A stretch of 64,000 nucleotides of DNA from Chiloscyllium plagiosum (GCF_004010195.1 NC_057718.1:14977992-15041991), one strand, 5' to 3'. Shown: positions 1 through 13,681, numbered from the stretch's first letter. Numbers and translations: made by a program. Notes: generated by a model not told the origin, from the sequence alone.

Positions 1-142
1 CAGGAAGTTAATTAAACCTACTCCATTTAATTAATTAACCCCTGTGCCCAAGTAGCTATATTAATTTTGTCCAAAATTTCGATCTTTTGAAGTTACCTCA
101 CTTCCAAGCTAAGACTGACTGCTCGTCACTGGCTGCGTTTAT

Positions 143-463
143 GGGTGGCACAGTGGCACAGTGGTTAGCACTGCTACCTCGCAGTGTCATAGACCCGGGT
201 TCATTCCTGCCTCATGGGACTGACTGTGTGGAGTTTGCACATTCTCCCCATGTCTGCGTGGGTTTCCTCCGGGTGCTCCGGTTTCCTCCCACAGTCCAAA
301 AATGTGCAGGTCAGGTGAACTGGCCATACTAAATTGCCCGTAGTGTTAGGTGAAGGGGTAAATGTAGGGAATGGGTCTGGGTGGGTTGCACTTCGGCGGG
401 TCGGTGTGGACTCGTTGGGCCGAAGGGCCTGTTTCCACACTGTAAGCAATCTAATCTAATCTT
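143..463 (+). mobile_element. HE1-type V-SINE, full length
   Basis: tRNA-like head (GGCACAGTGGTTAGC A-box, GGTTCATTCC B-box), V-domain GTGTGGAGTTTGCACATTCTCCCC...GGGTTTCCTCCGGG, HER1-like tail GGGCCGAAGGGCCTGTTTCCACACTG and (AATCT)n. Confidence 0.92.
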
Positions 464-1135
464 ATTCCTACACATTTTCTTGAACAATTGATGTTTGCAA
501 GTCTCCAGTCGTCTGGCACCAGCAGAGTCTGAGGAGAATCAAACAATCATGGTCAGTACCTCAGCAACTTTTACCCTAATTTACCTCCGTTTCCTCGCAT
601 GCAGCTCATTCGGTCCTGGTTGGATGTCAGCTCTAAGTATGAACAGCCTATCAAATAGCCCCTCCATGTCAATTTTAAATGTTTCAAGTCTGAGCTACCT
701 TCTCTTTTGTTGCAATCAAAAGAAAAAGCAGAAACTCTGACATGTTGAACAATGTTCTAGGTAAAGTAAGCAATAAATCAGGGTTCACTTCAGCTACCAT
801 CTCGAGAGTATCTGTACGTGTATTCTGTGACATGGTCAAATATACAATTATCACAAACATAAATCTTTGAAGGTGGGCCGAGCAAGTTGATAAGATATAG
901 AGGATTCCAGGCGTGACACACAAAAGCAAGGAGGTTGTGCAACATCTTTATGAAATTCTGCATAGATTTAAGATGAAGCATTGGGTCCCATCTGGACACA
1001 TACTTTAAGAAAAGATGTTCATAGGGTGCAGAGGAGATCGACTGGAATGGTACCAGGGTGAGACACTCGTTATGTGGAAAGATGAGAGAAGATATGATTG
1101 CTCATCTTAGAATGGAGGAGGTTATGGGCAGAAAT

Positions 1136-1480
1136 TATAGAATCACTACAGTGTGAAAAGAGGCCCCATGGTGTCTACACAAACTCTCCAAAAAACACAT
1201 CGCACAAACCTAACCCCTTCCCATCCCCATAACCCTCCATTTCCAATGGCTAATCCACATAACCTACACATCCCTGGACAGTATGAGCAATTCAGCATGG
1301 TCAATCCACCTAATCTGCACATCTTTGAACAGTGGGAGGAACCAGAGCACCCGAAGGAAACCCAGGCAGACACGGGGAGAACCTACAAACTCCCCACAGA
1401 CAATCACCCAAGGCTGGAATCGAATCCAAGTCCCTAGTGCTGTCAGATAGCAGTGCTAACCACTGAGCCACTGTGCTGCC
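1136..1480 (-). mobile_element. HE1-type SINE inserted in an old CR1 3' fragment
   Basis: Reverse complement of the head (GCAGTGCTAACCACTGAGCCAC) and V-domain; decayed CR1 sequence on both sides (~930-1135, ~1481-1810). Confidence 0.88.
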
Positions 1481-4167
1481 TAAAGCATCTTATCAGAGAA
1501 AACAAGAAAAACTATTTCCACTGGCTAATCAATGGACATAGATTTAAGATAATTGGCAAAAGAACCAGAGAGATGAACAGAATTTATTTTTAAAATGCAT
1601 CGGGGATGTGATCTGGGTGAAGGACAGAGGACACTGGAAGCAGATTCAGGAACAACTTTCAAAAACAAACTCGATAAATATTTGAATGGACAAAATTTGA
1701 AGGGCCATGGGGAAAGAACACGGTGGAAAGGGGCTAATTGGATAGCTCTTCCAGTAACTGGCACCGTGGGCTGAATGGCCTTTCTCTGTGCTGTAAGTAT
1801 TCTATGTTAGAAGATCATTGATCTAATTGAGAGCACTGAAAAATACACTGAGAATTTGGAGGAACCTTGTAAAAGCCAAGTCACTCAACAATACTGATAA
1901 TTAGACTATTTTTATAATTGTTCTCTTTCAGGCCTGAACACTTTCCCACCACAAACAAAATAAGACCACAGCGTAATGTGTGGATCCCTAAAGTGCTGAT
2001 GACTTCTTACTGATATATAAACAGAACAATGCTAATCAATTGTGAGATTTGAAATGAATATTTAAATGCCAGTCACCTGTAAGAGAACAAGGTTGAATTG
2101 CAACTTTAATAAATCCACTAAATACATGTTTTCATCAGAGTTGAATGATCTGTCTTGCACCTAAACCCTTGCTCTTCAAAGCGACACTTGCTATTCCCTT
2201 TGGCAAGTCAGGTTCTGGTCTGCACAATGCTATCATTTGTAACACCACCTCTTATAATTAACAGTCCCAAGTTTGCTCCACATGTTCACAACTGGTGGGC
2301 GGGGATGAAAAGCAGAAGGAATTTCCCGGAGGGCTTTAACTCAAAACTGTACACACTCCAATGCCAATTCCAATACCCACTTACATCCAGATTTCCTGTC
2401 ACTCTCATTAGCAATCAGTGGTATATAAAATGAACACATATACGCAGAAGTCACGACAAACAACTTATCCCCAGGGGACTGGACTCATACAGTGCAGTTC
2501 TTTCTGAAGTAATATTCAATCCATCTATTCCTGATTGCCCAATGCAATATGTTTAGTAATGTGCAACCATGGAACTGGTTTAATTTTAACCATGCCTCTT
2601 AGCAATGGCTTCCAAATGCACAAAAACAAAGAGAAGTACAATGAAGCTTCAGTACAGATGGCTCAATTACACTCAAATTTGTAACAAAACATCATTGTTT
2701 CCATCTACACCTTTGGTTTTGTACTTAATTTTATACCAGTTCTGACTGATGTAATTGAAGTAACTTCCTGCGTGTGGGTCCTTTGCCTGGTGAATGAGTC
2801 TGGATAATGACCTGTGATGCACTTGGGTACACAGATCAACAGATGGATGTAAAAGAGTACAGGTTATTCAAAAGTAATTTGCAACATAAGGGAGTCACTG
2901 GCTGGACCAGCATATATTGCTCATCCTTAGTTGCCCCAGAGATGATAGTGGTGGTGGTGAACTGCCTCCCTTGGCTATCGTCAGGTACTGTTTAATGTGT
3001 GCCACTGCACTATTCAGGAAGGAGCTCTGCGATGAAGCAAAATGGAGAAACTCAAAAACTCTGGCAGCATCTGTGGAGAGAGAAACAGATTTAACGTTTC
3101 AAGTCTGGTATGACTCTTGTTCAGAGGAGTTTCTGATTGTTAGTCTGGGAATGATGAAGGAATAGCAATATATTTCATTTTTTTTCAGGTGGTTGAGATC
3201 CTGGGTTTGCCACGTGGTGGGTTGTGTGCATTAAGGGTCTACTTGGCTTTTTACTTGGATCTTCACTGTTCCCCAACAGGTATCTCTTACTGGGCACAGA
3301 TAATGAACAGCAAGTAATGTGAAAGCTAGTCAGAAGGATTCTAAAACTTAAAAGGACGTTTAAATGGAAAACATGCGGGTGAAGGCTAGGCTGTGATATA
3401 GCGAGGAGGGATGTGAGCATAAGATGGTGGAGCAGAGGAAGAGAAAGGCCCTTTGAACCGAAAGGAGAAATAAAGTGAGACACCTGCCTGCATGCTCAGC
3501 CAGTCACAAGGGAATCCTCAAAAAAGGGAGCATAAGAAACTAGAGACAGAGGAGACTCGTCTAAATACATTAGAGTTTCGAAGAATGAGAGGTGAGCTGA
3601 TTCAAGCACACAGAATTAACTTAAGGGCTCAACAGGGGAGATGCAGGAAGGAGGTCTCCCCCTGACTCGGGGAGGTGGTGATCTAGAACCAGGTGGCACA
3701 GTCTCAATGTATAATGTTGGCCATTTCAGACTACGATGAGGAGGAATTCCTTCCCTCAAGCACAGTGCTCCTGCAAGTCTTTTTATGCTTGGTCCAGCAG
3801 CAGGTCCCGGAACTGGAAGGCAATGTCACAAACAGTGTCAGTAGACATCACATCACTGTGTGAACCCTTGGAGCAACTGGGCAGCTTCGACAGAAACTTG
3901 CTCATAAACATTCTGTCACATAAACAGAATGTGTGCACAGGGCCATTATCAGTAATAACTGGCAGCACCACTCAGCCAGTCGGATATTTAATTTCCCAAA
4001 GCTAGATTAATTTCATCAATTTGTTTTCCCCTTCAATAGTTTTTAGTTTATTAGTTAAACGTATTAAGGGATGTGGAACCAAAGCAGGTTGCTGGTGTGT
4101 AGCTGTAAACCAGCTACGATCTAATTGACAGAGGAGTTGAGGACTACTCCTTGGCCCTGTGCCATCC

Positions 4168-4720
4168 AGTCATCGAGACGTATAGCACAGAAACAGACCT
4201 TTCCTGCTCCCCGGATGCTGCCTGACCTGCTGTGCTTTTCCAGCACCACTCTAATTTAGACTCTGATTTCCAGCATCTGCAGTCCTCACTTTTGTCTTTG
4301 ATCCAACTCGTCCATGCTGACCAGATATCTGAAATAAATCTAGTCCCATTTGCCAGCATTTGGCCCATATCCTTCTACACCTTTCCTATTCATATACCCA
4401 TCCAGGTGCCTTTTGAATGTTGTAATTGTACCAGCCTCCACCACTTCCTCTGGCAGCTCATTCGGTATACGCACCATTCTCTACGTGAAAATGTTGTCCC
4501 TTAGGTCCCTTTTAAATTTTTCCCTCTCACCTTAAACCTATGCCCTTTAGTTTTGGACTCTCCTACCCAGGGGAAAAGACCTTGGCTATTCACCCTCTCC
4601 ATGTCCCTCATGATTTTATAGACCTCAATAAGGTCACCGCTCAGCCTCTGACACATCCAGGGAAAACAGTCCCAGCCTATTCAACCTCTGTCTCTAGCTC
4701 AAACCTTCCAACCCTGGCAA
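4168..4720 (-). mobile_element. HER1/CR1 LINE 3' fragment interrupted by a PLE terminal fragment (~4201-4293)
   Basis: CR1 3' motifs CCAGCCTCCACCACTTCCTCTGGCAGCTCATTC and CCCTCATGATTTTATA; embedded GATGCTGCCTGACCTGCTGTGCTTTTCCAGCA. Confidence 0.88.
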
Positions 4721-4899
4721 CTAGGAAGAGGGCAGGTCAGTCCAGACAGGTCATTCTGGGAGTTAAAGTAGGTATTTAATCCTCTAACTTTTCCTGGGAA
4801 AGGTTTTGCTTAACTGAAGCACAACCTTCTATTCTACTCAGACTTTCATGGATTCTTTCAGACCCTTCCAGATGCAGGGAGAAAATGGAAACAGGGAAG

Positions 4900-5030
4900 T
4901 CATCTGATCCAACTAGCTCTCCCCGAACCCACTGATCCAAACAACCAACCCCCCCTAACCCATTGACCCAACCACTCCAGCCCACTGAACCAACCAATAA
5001 CTTCCAGCCCACTGATCCAACGATAAGCCC
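4900..5030 (+). repeat. Degenerate C-rich minisatellite (CCCACTGA[T/A]CCAAC-like units)
   Basis: About 5 imperfect recurrences of cccactgatccaac. Confidence 0.6.
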
Positions 5031-6209
5031 TGTGTTTCTCTTTCCACAGCTGCTGCCAAACCTGCTGGGTATTTACACGATGGTACAATTTAGCAGCAGG
5101 AGTAAACCCTTTGGCTCTTTAAATCTGGTCTGCCAATCAATAAAATCATGGCTGAACCAATTCTGAACTCCATAATCCCACCTACCCTGATAACCGTTCA
5201 CTCTTCTGCATTTCAATAATCTGTCCATCTTAAAAGGCACCTGGGTGGGTACATGAATGGGAAGGGGTGAGAGGGATTTAGGCCAAATGCTGGCAAATGG
5301 GACTAGATGAGTTTAGGATATCTGGTTGGCACGGTAAGTTGGACCGAAGGGTCTATTTCCATCCTGTTTGACGCAATGATCAAAAGCTTTCTTCGATTTA
5401 ATTTTGGGAAGCGGAATGGGACAAATATTGAAGCAGAACAGTTAGAAAACAGGGACTGTGACATTGTCTTATGAGGTGCAGAACTTGAGAACAGTCAACA
5501 GCCTTGTAAAAAGAAATTTGATCCATATTAACTGAGCAAAAAACAAATAACACTTAAAAAAAACACTTACCAGCACATAGCAAGTGCAATGGAAAAAAAG
5601 TGAAAAATATAAAAAGGAAAATTAAGGGTTTTAGCTCTCAATCAGCCTTCAATAAGTGGTTAATCAGCAGGAGAGACATTTGCTGGTAATAAAAATCAGC
5701 AAACATAAAAACACAGACTAGTGAAATGGGCAACCAAGAGACAAATGCAGTTTAACCTACAGATGTGACAAGGCATTCCAGGAGAAAAATCAATGAATGG
5801 GAATATATATAGTTGATGCAAAGTCAAAAACTGTGGAACGGTGCTCCAGAATTCCCAGCAAATCTGCTTCCATCATCACTCAGAGTAAGTTTACTACTGA
5901 AAGGAGGAGAAACTTCTCCACACTGAGGGTTAGGAAGCTTTGAAATTCTCTATCACAGAGGGCTACAAATGCTGAGTCATTGAGTATATTCAAAACTAAA
6001 ATCTATAGCTTTGTTTGGAATGCAAGGTCAAACAAGGGATGTGGATAGCAAGCCAGAAAGTGAGGTGAGGTAGAAAAGAAGTCTCAAACTTAGTAAGTGG
6101 CAGAACAACCTCTCTGAACAAAGCAAGTAGTTGTACAGATGATCAGGATTATTTAATCAGGGGAGATGATAATCGGGTGATATTATCGATGAACTGTTGA
6201 TCCAGAGAT

Positions 6210-6810
6210 GAAAAGGGGGGCGCTGGAAAAGCACAGCAGGTCAGGGAGCACCCGAGGAGAAGGAGACCTGATGTTTTGGGCATAAGCCCTTCATCAGGAA
6301 GAGGAGGCGGGGGTTGAGAGATAAATAGGGGGCTGAGTTGGGGCTGGGGGGGGGAGAAGGTAGGTGGAAAGGTGATAGGTGGATGCAGGTAGGAGGTGAT
6401 GGTGACAGGTCGGTGTGGAGGGTGGAGCAGATAAGTCAGAAAGAAGATGGACAGGTAGGCAAGGCCAAGAGGGCATTGCTGAGTTGGAAGGTTGGATCTG
6501 GGACGAGGTGGTGGGAGGGGAGATTTGGAAACGGGTGAAGTCAATGTTGATGCCGTGTGGTTGAAGGGTCCCGAGGCAAAAGATGAGGCATTCTTTCTCC
6601 ACTTGGCAGTGGATTTGATTTGGCAGTGGAGGAGGCTTAGGGCTTGCATTATCTCTCATCTCCCTTCCTCCTCCAAATCCTGATGAAGAGCTTATGCCTG
6701 AAACAAAGACTCTCCTGCTCCTCGGATGCTACCTGAATTGCTGTGCTTTTCCAGCAGCACCCTTTTAACTCTGACTGTCCAGCATCTGCAGTCCTGACTT
6801 TCTCTTAGTT
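6210..6810 (-). mobile_element. Penelope-like element fragment with an inverted terminal copy, inserted into a tRNA SINE
   Basis: Minus-strand body with C-terminal GIY-YIG-region remnant (EKECLIFCLGTLQPHGINIDF), plus-strand pLTR ~6656-6810, flanking duplication TGATCCAGAGA. Confidence 0.85.
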
Positions 6811-7098
6811 GCTGATCCAGAGACCCAGGTAATGTTCCGGGGACCTGGGTTCAAATCCTGCCATGGCAGATAGTGGAATTTGAATTCAATAATGAAAGAA
6901 AATCTGGAATTAAAGTGTCCAATGATGACCATGAATCAAATGTAGGGAATAATCCACCTGGTTTAGTAGTGTCCTTTAGGGAAGGAAATCTGTCATCCTC
7001 ACCTTGTCTGGCTTAAATGTGACTCCAGATCTACAGCAATGTGGTTGACAATTAGTGATGGGCAATAAATGCTGGCCTGCCCAATGAATAATAAAAAA
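6811..7098 (+). mobile_element. tRNA-derived SINE, second family ('family B'); 5' head lies left of the PLE
   Basis: B-box GGGTTCAAATCC, body GGAATTTGAATTCAAT...CCTTTAGGGAAGGAAATCTG, tail GGGCAATAAATGCTGGCC. Confidence 0.8.
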
Positions 7099-7190
7099 AT
7101 TGACTTGAGTAGATGTAAAAGGGGATTCGGTAGAATTGGTACATGTACATTAATAAACTCGATTAATATAGAAAGCTGTCTTCAATTCCT

Positions 7191-7404
7191 GAGTTGAAAA
7201 TTGTGGTGCTGGAAAAACACATCAGGCCAGGCAGCATCCGAGGAGCAGGAGAATCGACGTTTCGGGCATCAGCTCTTCTTCAGGAATCATGCCCGAAATG
7301 TCGATTCTCCTGCTCCTCGGATGCTGCCTGGCCTGCTGTGTTTTTCCAGCACCACATTTTTCAATTCTGGTACTCCAGCATCTGCAGTCCTCACTTTTTC
7401 CTCC
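7191..7404. mobile_element. PLE-derived fold-back (palindromic) insertion with 15-bp TSD
   Basis: 76-bp inverted arms 7194-7269 / 7289-7364; CTGTCTTCAATTCCT at 7176-7190 and 7405-7419. Confidence 0.9.
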
Positions 7405-8599
7405 CTGTCTTCAATTCCTATCTCACCAACTGGCTTGGATCCAAGTTGATAACCTCAAGGGATTGTATACGCTCAACTCCCATCTCTTTTTGCATCCTCA
7501 GCAGCGGGATGAGTTGTCACCTTCATAAAGATGAATTAAATTGGGAAGTCTGAATGAGATATCGTGCTGCGAGAGGACAAAGGGGAAAATGGGAGAGTTT
7601 TTTTTATTTTAAAAACCAATAGGGATTAACACAACTGTTTAGGAAGTCACAGAATTTAGCTGGAGGTTGAAGCAAAGACTTACCAAACACGTGTCTAATC
7701 TGGGCTAACCCACAGTCACAACAGCAGAGCCAGCAAAGAGAAAAGGAACCATGTTTTTCTTTTAAAACAGGAAAGGTCATTGGATAATTACAAAGTGTGA
7801 CTGATTTTGATGGGAAAGCTGTCCAAGTTGGTCCAAGGAAAACAAGTTACAGTCATCCTTCATTTCAAAGAATATTTTAATAACAAAAAAAGGCTTGGTT
7901 GAAACAGCAGTTTCCAATTACAGTGCTGGGGTAGAACTGTCACTGTTGACTTTAAAATGTTATGAGGTTTGGAAGCAAATCTTAAAAAAAAAGACTCAAA
8001 GCAGGGCAGCTTGGCAAAGACTCAACCTGAGCCCTTGTGCAGACTGCATCTCAGAGCTTATACCTCAAGAATGTCCAAAGCACAAATCAAAACTTTATGT
8101 GTCTGATAAAATCTGCTTAACGTTCCCATTCCCTGAAGCAATTGTGCCGCACTCTCAATTTTTCAGAGCTCCGCTTCTTCTTCAAAGTACAAAATCACAA
8201 AATGCAAAAGACAAAAGTCACAGTAATGTTATTTTATCCTGTGGTCAGAAGGCTGGCACTTCTGGACTTGAAGGTAATCCTGTACTTAAAAAGAAAATTA
8301 ATAAAACAGCAAAAGCTTTTCTCTTTCCCTATGAAGCCCGGAGGTTCAAAATAAAAGCAGAAACAGCTCAACTTCAGAGCAGCTCAGAAAAGGCCAGGTC
8401 AACATTTCAGTGGGAGAAGCTGGGAGGCATATGATAAATGAGATTTCTTCAGCCTTGAGAGAGATGTCTTGGGAGAGCTGCTCTATAAATAAAACCAAAA
8501 CAATGGATTTAGCTTGGCCAGACAGCAGGAGAGGACAAGGCTGGACAAGAGAGGACAACTCAGGATTTTAAAGGTGAATTTTAGCACAAATTATTTTTG

Positions 8600-8935
8600 C
8601 TACACATGATTCGACTAGTGTTGACTAGTGATATAGAACCGAGGCTAATATCCTGAGGTCATGGGTTCAAAACCTACTGTGACAAATGATGAAATTTAAA
8701 TTCAATGAAAAGATGGCTTAGTAGCGATCATGAAACCAATGTCGACTATCACTGAAACCCAAATGGTTCACTAATGCCCTTTAGAGAGGGAAACCCGCTG
8801 TTCTTACCCAGACTGGTCTACATGAGACTCCAAGCTTCCAGCAATGTGCTTGACTCTTAATTGCCGTTTGGTCAATTGGGGAAGGGCAATAAATATCATC
8901 TTAGCCAATGACATCCACCTCCCAAGAACAAATTA
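8600..8935 (+). mobile_element. Family-B tRNA SINE
   Basis: GGGTTCAAA B-box, GGTTCACTAATGCCCTTTAG body, GGGCAATAAA tail. Confidence 0.78.
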
Positions 8936-9984
8936 AAGTAAATCGCTAGAATACAGCAAGAATTGTGGAGAGGTAAAAGGTAAGGTTGGAAAGTGTATAT
9001 TAAAAAAAGGGGAATAATATAAACAGTAACATTAGACTTTTAACTTGTGCAGGCAGCATTTAATAAGGGATCTCTGAGTTAGAGATTTGCTGATAATAAA
9101 AATTGGCAAACAGCAAAGAGACAGTCAAAGTGGAATGGAACTCCCAAGTGACAAATGAAATCTAATATAGAGCAGTGTGAGACAACACAATCTGGGAGAA
9201 AAATTAAGAAACGGGAACAGAAAATAAACGCGAAGTTGCTGAAGAGCGTGTGACATTGCTCCCAAATTCCCAGCAAACCTCCGAACATCTCATCATTCAG
9301 GATAGCCATTCAAAGGTGACAGAAAGACACATTTCTTCATGCAAAGAATTGTGCGTTTCTGGAATTCTCAACTCTAAAATAATACTGCTATGCTTTCAGA
9401 GATTTATAAAGAAGAATGGTTGAGGTCAAGGCACTGGGGTCCTTTAACAAACAGTTCAATGGGATGAGACTGTACTTTGGACAAACGAGACCAACTGGGT
9501 TGAATGAACTTCTTCAATCATCCTATCTTGCAATCATGCTTCAGGATTTGATTATGCTTTTAACTGTGGTGGTAAAATCTCGCTCTTTTCCTTTATGTGT
9601 CCATGGTCACGGTACATTTCTGACATCTTTGTTTCCTGCTGCCGCTTATTAGGAATCATTTAGGGAAGCGAAACAATTGCTGGCTTTACCAGAGATGCAC
9701 ATCCCATGAAAGAATACACCGATAAAAACTCAGTTTTCCACTAGGTAAAGCTTAGAACGAGATTTTGGAATCTCGTCATCGTCAGCTGTTTTCAAATGGC
9801 TCCTTCAGGTTTCCCAGATTAAAAATGGATGAATTGAATCAATGTGTCACTCAAACTCTTCTCAAACTCAAAACAATGAATTAGGGAAAGGGTAGGCCAG
9901 TTGGCCTGCAACATGATCCATACCTAACTGGGACTAATGGATAAAACGTTCTTCAGTCTGCTGGTTATAGAGATCCTATTATTG

Positions 9985-10818
9985 AATCATAGAGACGTAC
10001 AGCATTGAAACAGTCCCTTTGGTTCAACCCGTCTGCAACCAGGCATCCCAATCTGACCTCGTCCCATTTGCCAGCACCCAGTCCATATCCCTCCAAACCC
10101 TTCCTATTCACAGACCCATCCAGATGCCTTTTAAATGTTGCAATTGAACCAGCCTCCACCACTTCCTCTGGTAGCTTATTCCACACACGCACCACCCTCT
10201 GCATGAAAAAGTTGCCACTTAGGTCCCTTGTAAATCTTTCACCTCTCACCTGAAAGCTCTGCTCTCTAACTTTGGATTTCCCCACCCTTGCAAAACAACC
10301 TTGTCTATTCACCCTATCCATGCCCCTCATGATTTTATAAATCTCTATAAGGTTACCCCTTAGCTTCTTATGCTGCCTCTCCCTTTACCGTAAACCCTCC
10401 AGTCCAAGCAACATCTTTGTAAATCCTTTCTGTACCCTCCCAGGTTTAACAACATCTTTCCTATAGAAGGCCGACAAGAAGCGTATACAGTTTTCTAAAA
10501 GTGGCCTCACCAATGTCCTGTGTACCAGCAACATGACGTCCCAACTCTTACACTCAATGCACTGACTAATGACAGCAAGCATGCCAAACACCTTCTTCAC
10601 CACCCTGTCTACCTGCAACTCCATTTTCAAGGAACTACGCACCTCAGTCCTTGGTCTCTTTGTTCGACAACTTGCCTCACGGCCCTACCATTAATTGTAC
10701 AGGTCTAGCCCTGGTTTGCCTTATGAAAATGCAACACCTCACATTTATCTAAATTAAACTCCACCTGCGACTCTTTGCCCCATTGCCCCACCTAATCAAG
10801 GTCCAATTGTACTCTGAC
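9985..10818 (-). mobile_element. HER1/CR1 LINE, 5'-truncated (ORF2 C-terminus and 3' UTR)
   Basis: ORF remnants TLVRPLLENCIRF and RGERFTRDLSGNFFMQRVVRVWNKLPEEVVEAG. Confidence 0.93.
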
Positions 10819-10899
10819 AAGGAGTTCCTGCATTAGCATGGTCCTATAGACAATGAAAATCTGTCCTTTATCAAATGAAAATTAATTAATAGTACACCC

Positions 10900-11330
10900 T
10901 TGCAAAGGTTCGGTGCTGGGACCTTTGCTTTTTGTCAATTATACAAATGATTTGGATGTGACCATAAGAGGTACAGTTAGTAAGTTTGCAGATGACACCA
11001 AAATTGGAGGTGTAGTGGACAGCGAAGAGGGTTACCTCAGATTACAACGGGATCTTGATCAGATGGGCCAATGGGCTGAGGGGTGACAGATAGAATTTAA
11101 TTTAGATAAATGTCAGGTGCTGCATATTGGAAAGGCAAATCAGGGCAGGAGTTATACACTTTAATGATAAGGTCCTGGGGAGTGTTGCTGAACAAAGAGA
11201 CCTTGGAGGGCAGGTTCATAGCTCCTTGAAAATAGAGTCATAGGTAGATAGAATAGTGAAGAAGGTGTTTGGTACACTTTCCTTTATTGGTCAGAGCATT
11301 GAGTAAAGGAGTTGGGAGGTCATGCTGCAG
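10900..11330 (+). mobile_element. HER1/CR1 RT fragment, back-to-back with the preceding copy
   Basis: AGTAAGTTTGCAGATGACACCAAAATTGG encodes SKFADDTKI (RT catalytic motif). Confidence 0.9.
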
Positions 11331-13201
11331 CTGCAGTGCTTGTTGTAGATGGTACACAAATAGAGGTAGCAAAGGCATTCCCGTTGCCCATGGACAAAGA
11401 TTACAGGAGACAGATATACAGCTTTGGGAACCGCATGTAGGAGAACGTGAGGAAGAATACCACCCTCTCCACTGAGAGTGGTAGCGATCTGGAAATTGCT
11501 GCCAAAAGGATAATGAAATTGGTGCACATATTCAAGTGTAAGTATATATCAGGGATAAACATAGGATGCCTGTCAGTTAGGGTCACAGAGCATATACAGC
11601 CGCATGACGACCCTTCGGCCATTGTGTCCATGCAAAACATCCATCTATTCCAATCCCATTTTCCAGCAGATGTTTCATACCCTTGGATGCCCCACTGTCA
11701 TTTCAGGGCCTTGATTTCAAAAGGGTCTTGCATGGGGACTTGAGGAAAATAAGCAGGTTAAAAGCCAAAGAAGGAGACTCACTGGACTGTGTTCAGATAG
11801 AGCCATGATTGATGGGTCAGTGGCCTTCTCAAGTATTGTAATGACTCCATGATCACCTAATAGACCAATTCATATAAAATGGGTCATAACATGGATATTT
11901 TGGCATAACTATCTGCGTATTTCAGATTTTCAAAACTTGTATTGAATTGCTTCAATCTTCTTCAAACTCTACCTTCATAACAGTCAAAACTCTGTTTTTC
12001 AAAACATACAATTTTTCAAAGAAAAACATTCAGAAAACTAACACAATCTTCAATGTTGCTTGGACTATGACTACGTGACCTGTTTTTGCGACAATTTAGC
12101 CACTGTGTTAGGACATGTCATAAATTGAAAGAATGCATAACATTACTGAAAGATCAAAAGATGTAAATTATTAAAACATTCTAAGAGGATTCATGAGCAG
12201 GAACTTATCTTTGGTTGAATTAGAAGCGCCAAACATTCAAGCAGTCAACTCATTCTAACTAGCCATTACCTTAACAGGTTCATTGACATACTGCATGAAG
12301 GGAGTCAGTCACTTCAGATTCAAGACCTTACTGCATCCTCATATGGTACAGGATATCCGTGCTGATGCAGAATCAAGTAACATTTGCCTTGCAACAAAAA
12401 ACATAAGTAACATCCTGGTAATATCCCACAATGTCCTGAAGAATGACCAGGCACTTCCACATTATCTAGTGAATAAAGGCACTTGCTGGATCAGTAATCA
12501 TACAGTGGCTACTGTGCAGACCATTCTGCCCATCAAACCCATGTCAGCTCTCTGCAGGGGAAAAGCACGTTTGTGGTCAATATCAGATCAGCTATGGTCT
12601 TATAAAATGGCAGAGCAGGCTGGTGGGGCCATATGATCTATTCCTGCTCCAATTTCTTATTTTCTTAAACTCAATGCCTACAGAATGGTAAACAGTATAA
12701 AACCTAAATGGAAGGTAGGGCCTGGGGGGGGGTTTCAGAGAGGAATAAAAACACAGTATCTAAAAATAAAATTGGGGATTATATTTCAAATTCAATTATT
12801 TGTATGAATTACTCTACAGTTCTTTGCTGACAGAAAAGATGATGCAATAGAAATGTTTATGAATGTTCCTCAGTTCACTTGCTCGGCTGGATCTACTCTG
12901 CTCATGGAATGCCATGGAAATTCACAGTTTACAGCCAAGTTATATCCAAATCAGTTAGCTTCCTACTCAGGGTGTAAGTTGGAAACTCAGAGCCAAAGTA
13001 AATACAGTAGCTCCCAACTGCTGGGTTCACTTGGTGGGTATTCAAATGCAGGAGCCAATTCAGTTTATAGCTTTGCATGTGGCAGAATAAGAGTTGGGAA
13101 TGAAGAAAGGGAACAGTAACAGAGAACCCCCAGCAAACATCACTCCTTTGAGTGATGCCAATGCCAGACTCATGCTGTCAAGCTGGATAAACACATTCAA
13201 C

Positions 13202-13681
13202 TAGACACCAAACAACCCCACCGCCCCATAGCCGAACACTTCAACTTCCCCTCCCACTCCACTGAGGGCCTCCTCCATCACCACTCTCTTGCCACCCGAC
13301 GCCTGGAGGAAGAATGCCTCATCTTCCGCCTCAGGAGCCTCTAACCTTATGACATCAATGTGGATTTCACCAATTTCCTCATTTTCCCGTCCCCCGCCTT
13401 ATCCCAGTTCCAACCTTCCAGCTCAGCATCATCCTCATGACCTGTCCCACCTGTCCATCTTCCTACCCACCTATCCGCTCCACCCTCCCCTCCTTTACCC
13501 CCACCTCCATCCACCTATTGCACTCTTAGCTACCTTGCTCCCCCGCACCACCACCAACATTTATCTCTCCACCCCGAGGCTCCCAGCCTCATTCTTGATG
13601 AAGGGCTTCTGCCCAAAATGTCGATTTTCCTGCTGCTCAGATGCTGCCTGACCTGCTGTGCTTTTCCAGCATCACACTCTG
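13202..13681 (+). mobile_element. Penelope-like element 3' fragment with 12-bp TSD
   Basis: LEEECLIFRLG-like remnant, pyrimidine-rich spacer, pLTR; AACACATTCAAC at 13190-13201 and 13682-13693. Confidence 0.87.

Noticed and set aside
143..215. tRNA genes (also at 50295 and 53151)
   Set aside because: A/B boxes continue into SINE bodies; no complete cloverleaf or terminator
5575..5602. Minus-strand CATTGCACTTG resembling the miR-25/92 5' end (and TGAGGTAGT near 32610 resembling let-7)
   Set aside because: Matches stop after 9-11 nt and no precursor hairpin is evident
7895..8434. 179-aa ORF as a gene
   Set aside because: Non-ATG start, no recognisable domain, runs through A-tracts, no convincing splice signals
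9985..11330. Opposed HER1 copies as one twin-primed inversion
   Set aside because: The two pieces overlap in element coordinates and are separated by ~80 bp of other sequence, so two insertions are more likely
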